Below, in pieces: positions 60,223-64,000 of a DNA stretch of 64,000 bases. Made by a program: the position numbers and the translations under genes. The DNA is taken from NCBI GenBank assembly GCA_038087875.1, contig CM075988.1:3038001-3102000 (forward strand), written 5' to 3'. The DNA comes from Malacoraja senta (Eukaryota). Below the pieces are notes generated by a model. That model was not told the origin of the DNA, made no database searches, and worked only from the letters and a program-made list of their open reading frames with translations. The stretch's first letter is position 1, and each line of letters starts with the position of its first letter.

Positions 60223-60825
60223 ATTTGCTCCATGCTGGGACAAAGCACCCAGGATGTCACTATGGGACTATGTCTTCTTCTGAAGAAGAAACGTCACCCA
60301 TTCCTTCTCTCCAGGGATGCTGAGTTACTCTCGCATTTGTGTCTATCTTCAGTTTAAACCAGCATCTGCAGTTCCTTCTACACACTAGTAAACCTCAGGA
60401 CTAACCTCCAACAACTGCACCATGAAATTTAAATTCTAAGGCAAGTATATCCTTCTTTGGATTCAAAGACAAAAACTGCACTCAATGCCTGTGTGTGATC
60501 CCATCAAAGACCTGGATCATTACAGAAATATTTTCTTAACTTAGTGATTTCTCTCCAGCAATTTTCCAATTGCTTGTTGTACCCACACATTAAGTTTCAT
60601 GTAGGCCACCTGTCCCTCTGAACACAAGCATTTATTAATTCCTCACCATTACAGTGTCATAGTGTTGTACTGCATAGAAACAAGTCCTTCAACCCACCAT
60701 CATCACGCCCACATGTCTGCATTAATTTGATATTCAGCCATGCACTACTCATTCAAGTATCTGTCCAAGTGCCTCTTAAATGTCATTACTGTTCTTGCCT
60801 CCAGCATTTTCTCTGGCAGCTGAGA

Positions 60826-61124
60826 TGGGTGGCACAGTGGCACAGCAGTAGTTGCTGCCTTATAGCGCCAAGGACCCAGGTTCGATCCTGACTACTGGTG
60901 CTGTCTGTATGAAGTTTGTACATTCTCTCAGTGATCTGTGTGGGTTTTCTCCAGGATCCACGGTTTCCTCCCACACTCCAAAAGATGTACAGGTTTGCAG
61001 GCTAATTGGCTTGGTATAATTGTAAATTGTCCCTGGTGTGTGTAGGATAGTGTTAGTGTGCAGGGGTCGCTGGTCGGCGCGGACCCAATGGGCCGAAGGG
61101 CCTGTTTACTAAACTAAACTAAAC
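60826..61124 (+). mobile_element. V-SINE
   Basis: A and B boxes, V-domain, (CTAAA)n tail. Confidence 0.8.
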
Positions 61125-62902
61125 TGATTCCCGAAACCAGAAACCAACTACTCTTTCTTGTGTGAGATTCCCTTTACATCTCCTCCCTCTCACCATAAAT
61201 ATATGCCCTCAGGTTTTAAACACCTCAGTCATGGGAAACTGACACTGGCTATTTACCTTACTTCTGATGCTCATAATTTTATATACCTCTATCATGTCAC
61301 CTGTCAGCTTCCTTTGTTCCAGGGAAAACAGATTCCGCCCTATCCAATCTCTCCTCATAATTCAAGACCTCCAATCCAGGCAACATCCTTGTGAATCATT
61401 TCTGTACCCTTTCTAACTTAATCGCATGTTTCCTGTAATTCTCTGTGCAAATTCTCTGCTTCCTTCCCATTGCTCATTCTTTTGCCACTTTGTTGATTGT
61501 CAGCAACTTGGATATGTGGCAATTGTACTTTCTTCTAAACTCTTAAACAGAGTGTGAAGAGCTGAGTTTCTGCAGGTGGTCATGCTATTAATGACCATGT
61601 CAATGGATATTTTTACGGCAGAGATAGATAGATTAGTACAGGTGTCAAGGGTTATGGGGAGAAGGTAGGAGTATGGGGTTAGGAGGGAGAGATAGATCAG
61701 CAATGATTAAATGGTGGAGCAGACTTGATGGGCCAAATGGCCTAATTCTGCTCCTATCACAACCTTAATGACAAATAGCAACCTGAAAATTGTCCATTTT
61801 CTGTTCCTGCTAATATGTTGCCCTCAAATATTTGAGATCTTTTTCATCTAACAATTTCGATATTTTTTTAATATATCACGTCCCTCTGATCCATCATACT
61901 ACTTACATTCATTTTAGGAGGCAAAAGAGAGTGGATTTGTCAAACAGCACGTTTTTCTTGTCTTAAAACCATGTTAACTGAGCCTAATGGTTTTATGTTT
62001 TTTCTAAGTAGGTTTTAATATTTGCCAAGCAGCTGATCTCTGAATGCGGTTCCTTATAGAGAGAGTTGAGCTATAATAAACTTACAGAATTGTTATTGAA
62101 TATAACATGATTAATGAATTGGGGAACTCTATATTACGTGGGCCTAATTGGTTATAAAGCAATTTCAATCAGGAATTCGAGAACCACTGTCTTGGAAATA
62201 ACTGTTTCCATTTAACTTCTCCTGAGTAATCGGCCACCATTTTCTCTTTAAATCTCCTCCCTCTCACTCATAACCAATGGGACGCCATTGAAAATGACCG
62301 GCAATTGCTTCAATTGATGCGTGCAATATTATTCTATTAAATCATGTAGCATAAAACTTCATTTTTAGCTTTTATTTTATTTTTTATATAATATTTGATA
62401 TAATATTTTATTTATTATATATTATATATTTTTATTTTTATTTGCAATTATTATTTGTATTATTTATTAATATATTATATTTTGTGTAATATTTATATTA
62501 TTTTAGCATTAATGTATATATTTGAAAATCCTGCAGAGGAAAATAACTTTGTTATTACCATCCTGAAACTCTCCAGCCCCGAACCCCGTTTTCACCATTT
62601 AATTAGTTGGTTTTCTTCCACAATATTCTCTAACAAGAGGTTTCTTAGGAACACAATTATTATGTTATACCAAAACTATTTGCATTCATTTTTTTTCCAG
62701 AACCATTGCAGAATCTAGGGATTTCTGCAGAATCACAATTCTATCTCATCAGATGGAATGCTAGAATATGGGTAAGAGTCATAAAGGGATACAGCACAGA
62801 AACAGGCCAAGCAGCACACCAGGTCTGCACAGACGATTAACCTCCCACTTACATTAATCCCAAGTATTTTTACTCCCCATTTTATCAGCACTCTCCCCAG
62901 AA

Positions 62903-63200
62903 TTGGGCAGCACAGTGGCGCAATTCTAGAGTTGCTGCCTTAAAGTGCCAAAGATCCGGGTTCGATCCTGGCAATGGGTGCTGTCTGTACGGAGTTTGTA
63001 AATTCTCCCTGTGACCGCATGGGTTTTCTCTGGGTGCCCCAGTTTCCTCCCACACTACAAAGAGGTACAGGTTTGTCGGTAATTGGCTTCTGTAAAAATT
63101 GTAAATTATCCTTAACGTGTAGGATAATGCTAGTGTACAGGGTTGGTGCGGACTCTGTGGGCCAAAGGGCCTGTTTCCGCACTCTGCCTCTAAAGCTGAA
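62903..63200 (+). mobile_element. V-SINE
   Basis: Same family as 5898-6197. Confidence 0.78.
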
Positions 63201-63214
63201 AAGTCTAAAGATTC

Positions 63215-63420
63215 CACACACTTGGAGTAATTAACCGAAGCCAATTAACCTCCCAATCTGCATGTCTTTGGGTTGTGGGAGGAAATCAGAAATCTCAGGA
63301 GAAATCCATGAAGTCACATGGAAAAAGTACAAATTGCACACAGACAGTACTGTCAGGGTAGAACCCAGGTCTCTAATGCTGTGAAGCAGTGGCTCTACCA
63401 GCTGCGCCACTGTGCTGCCC
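63215..63420 (-). mobile_element. V-SINE (partial, inverted relative to the previous copy)
   Basis: Same family as 5898-6197. Confidence 0.72.
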
Positions 63421-64000
63421 TAAATCGGATAATCAGGTCCAGATGGTCCACCAGTACTGTTTATTTAAAGTGCTTCTCTCTTGATAGAACCTTGAGAGAG
63501 TGGAGTCCAGAATAGACTAAATTACTTAAGTGATAGTGAAGACCTAGTGAGTAACAAAAGTATTTTTGGTGAAGATGTAAATAGGGAGAGAACTATGAAA
63601 TGTCAATTACCAGAAGAAGAGAGGAAAGAAAGCTCAGTGTTGGAAACATGAGATGCAGGCTGGAAAAGGTGAATATCTGAAATTGATTTCAATGACAAGA
63701 CTGATGTGCCAAGTCAGAAGATGAGGTACTATTTCTTGAGCATACCTTAAGCTTTGTTGGAGCAGTGTAAGAAGCCAATGATAAAGTTGGAGAGCTAAAG
63801 TGAGAGATAACTGAGTGCTCAGGATCAGGCTTGTGACTATTCTATATAATAATTACCCAAATTCCGGGTGACGAAATGTAAGTGGGATTGTATTGCTTCT
63901 GATGTTGCACGGTGTTGTGAGAAGGGGTTAATTGAATATTGATTGAGATGGAAGGTAGGTGGATGGAACGGTCCCTTTGTAAACTTGAGGTAAGATGAAG

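Noticed and set aside
56675..64000. DCPS exon 3 (expected to begin near (D)VKTTVVYPAT)
   Set aside because: Not found in the ORF track or by reading the sequence; probably beyond the window.

Overview
Eukaryotic vertebrate DNA, most likely a cartilaginous fish such as a skate or ray. This is inferred from HE1/V-SINE-like repeats and CR1 LINEs with (TTTCTATG)n tails. One host gene is recognisable: DCPS (m7GpppX scavenger decapping enzyme, + strand), with coding exon 1 at 7471-7668 and exon 2 at 56506-56674. The ~48.8 kb intron between them is largely transposon-derived. It contains CR1 LINE copies, a decayed Gypsy LTR element, a decayed DIRS element, a full-length L1, Tc1 elements, non-autonomous hAT- and mariner-type elements (partly nested), Penelope fragments with hammerhead-ribozyme motifs and many SINEs. 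A 200-N gap lies just upstream of the gene. The most notable observations are: (1) a 464-bp direct duplication flanking the full-length L1; (2) a modular, structured, VNTR-containing retroposon family with swapped 3' tails; (3) an apparently bipartite tRNA-Trp primer-binding site in the Gypsy element; (4) a perfect 76-bp inverted repeat in an otherwise decayed DIRS; (5) a strong competing splice donor 7 nt before the DCPS ATG. Family assignments come from motif recognition by eye, not database searches. Boundaries without TSD or TIR support are approximate.
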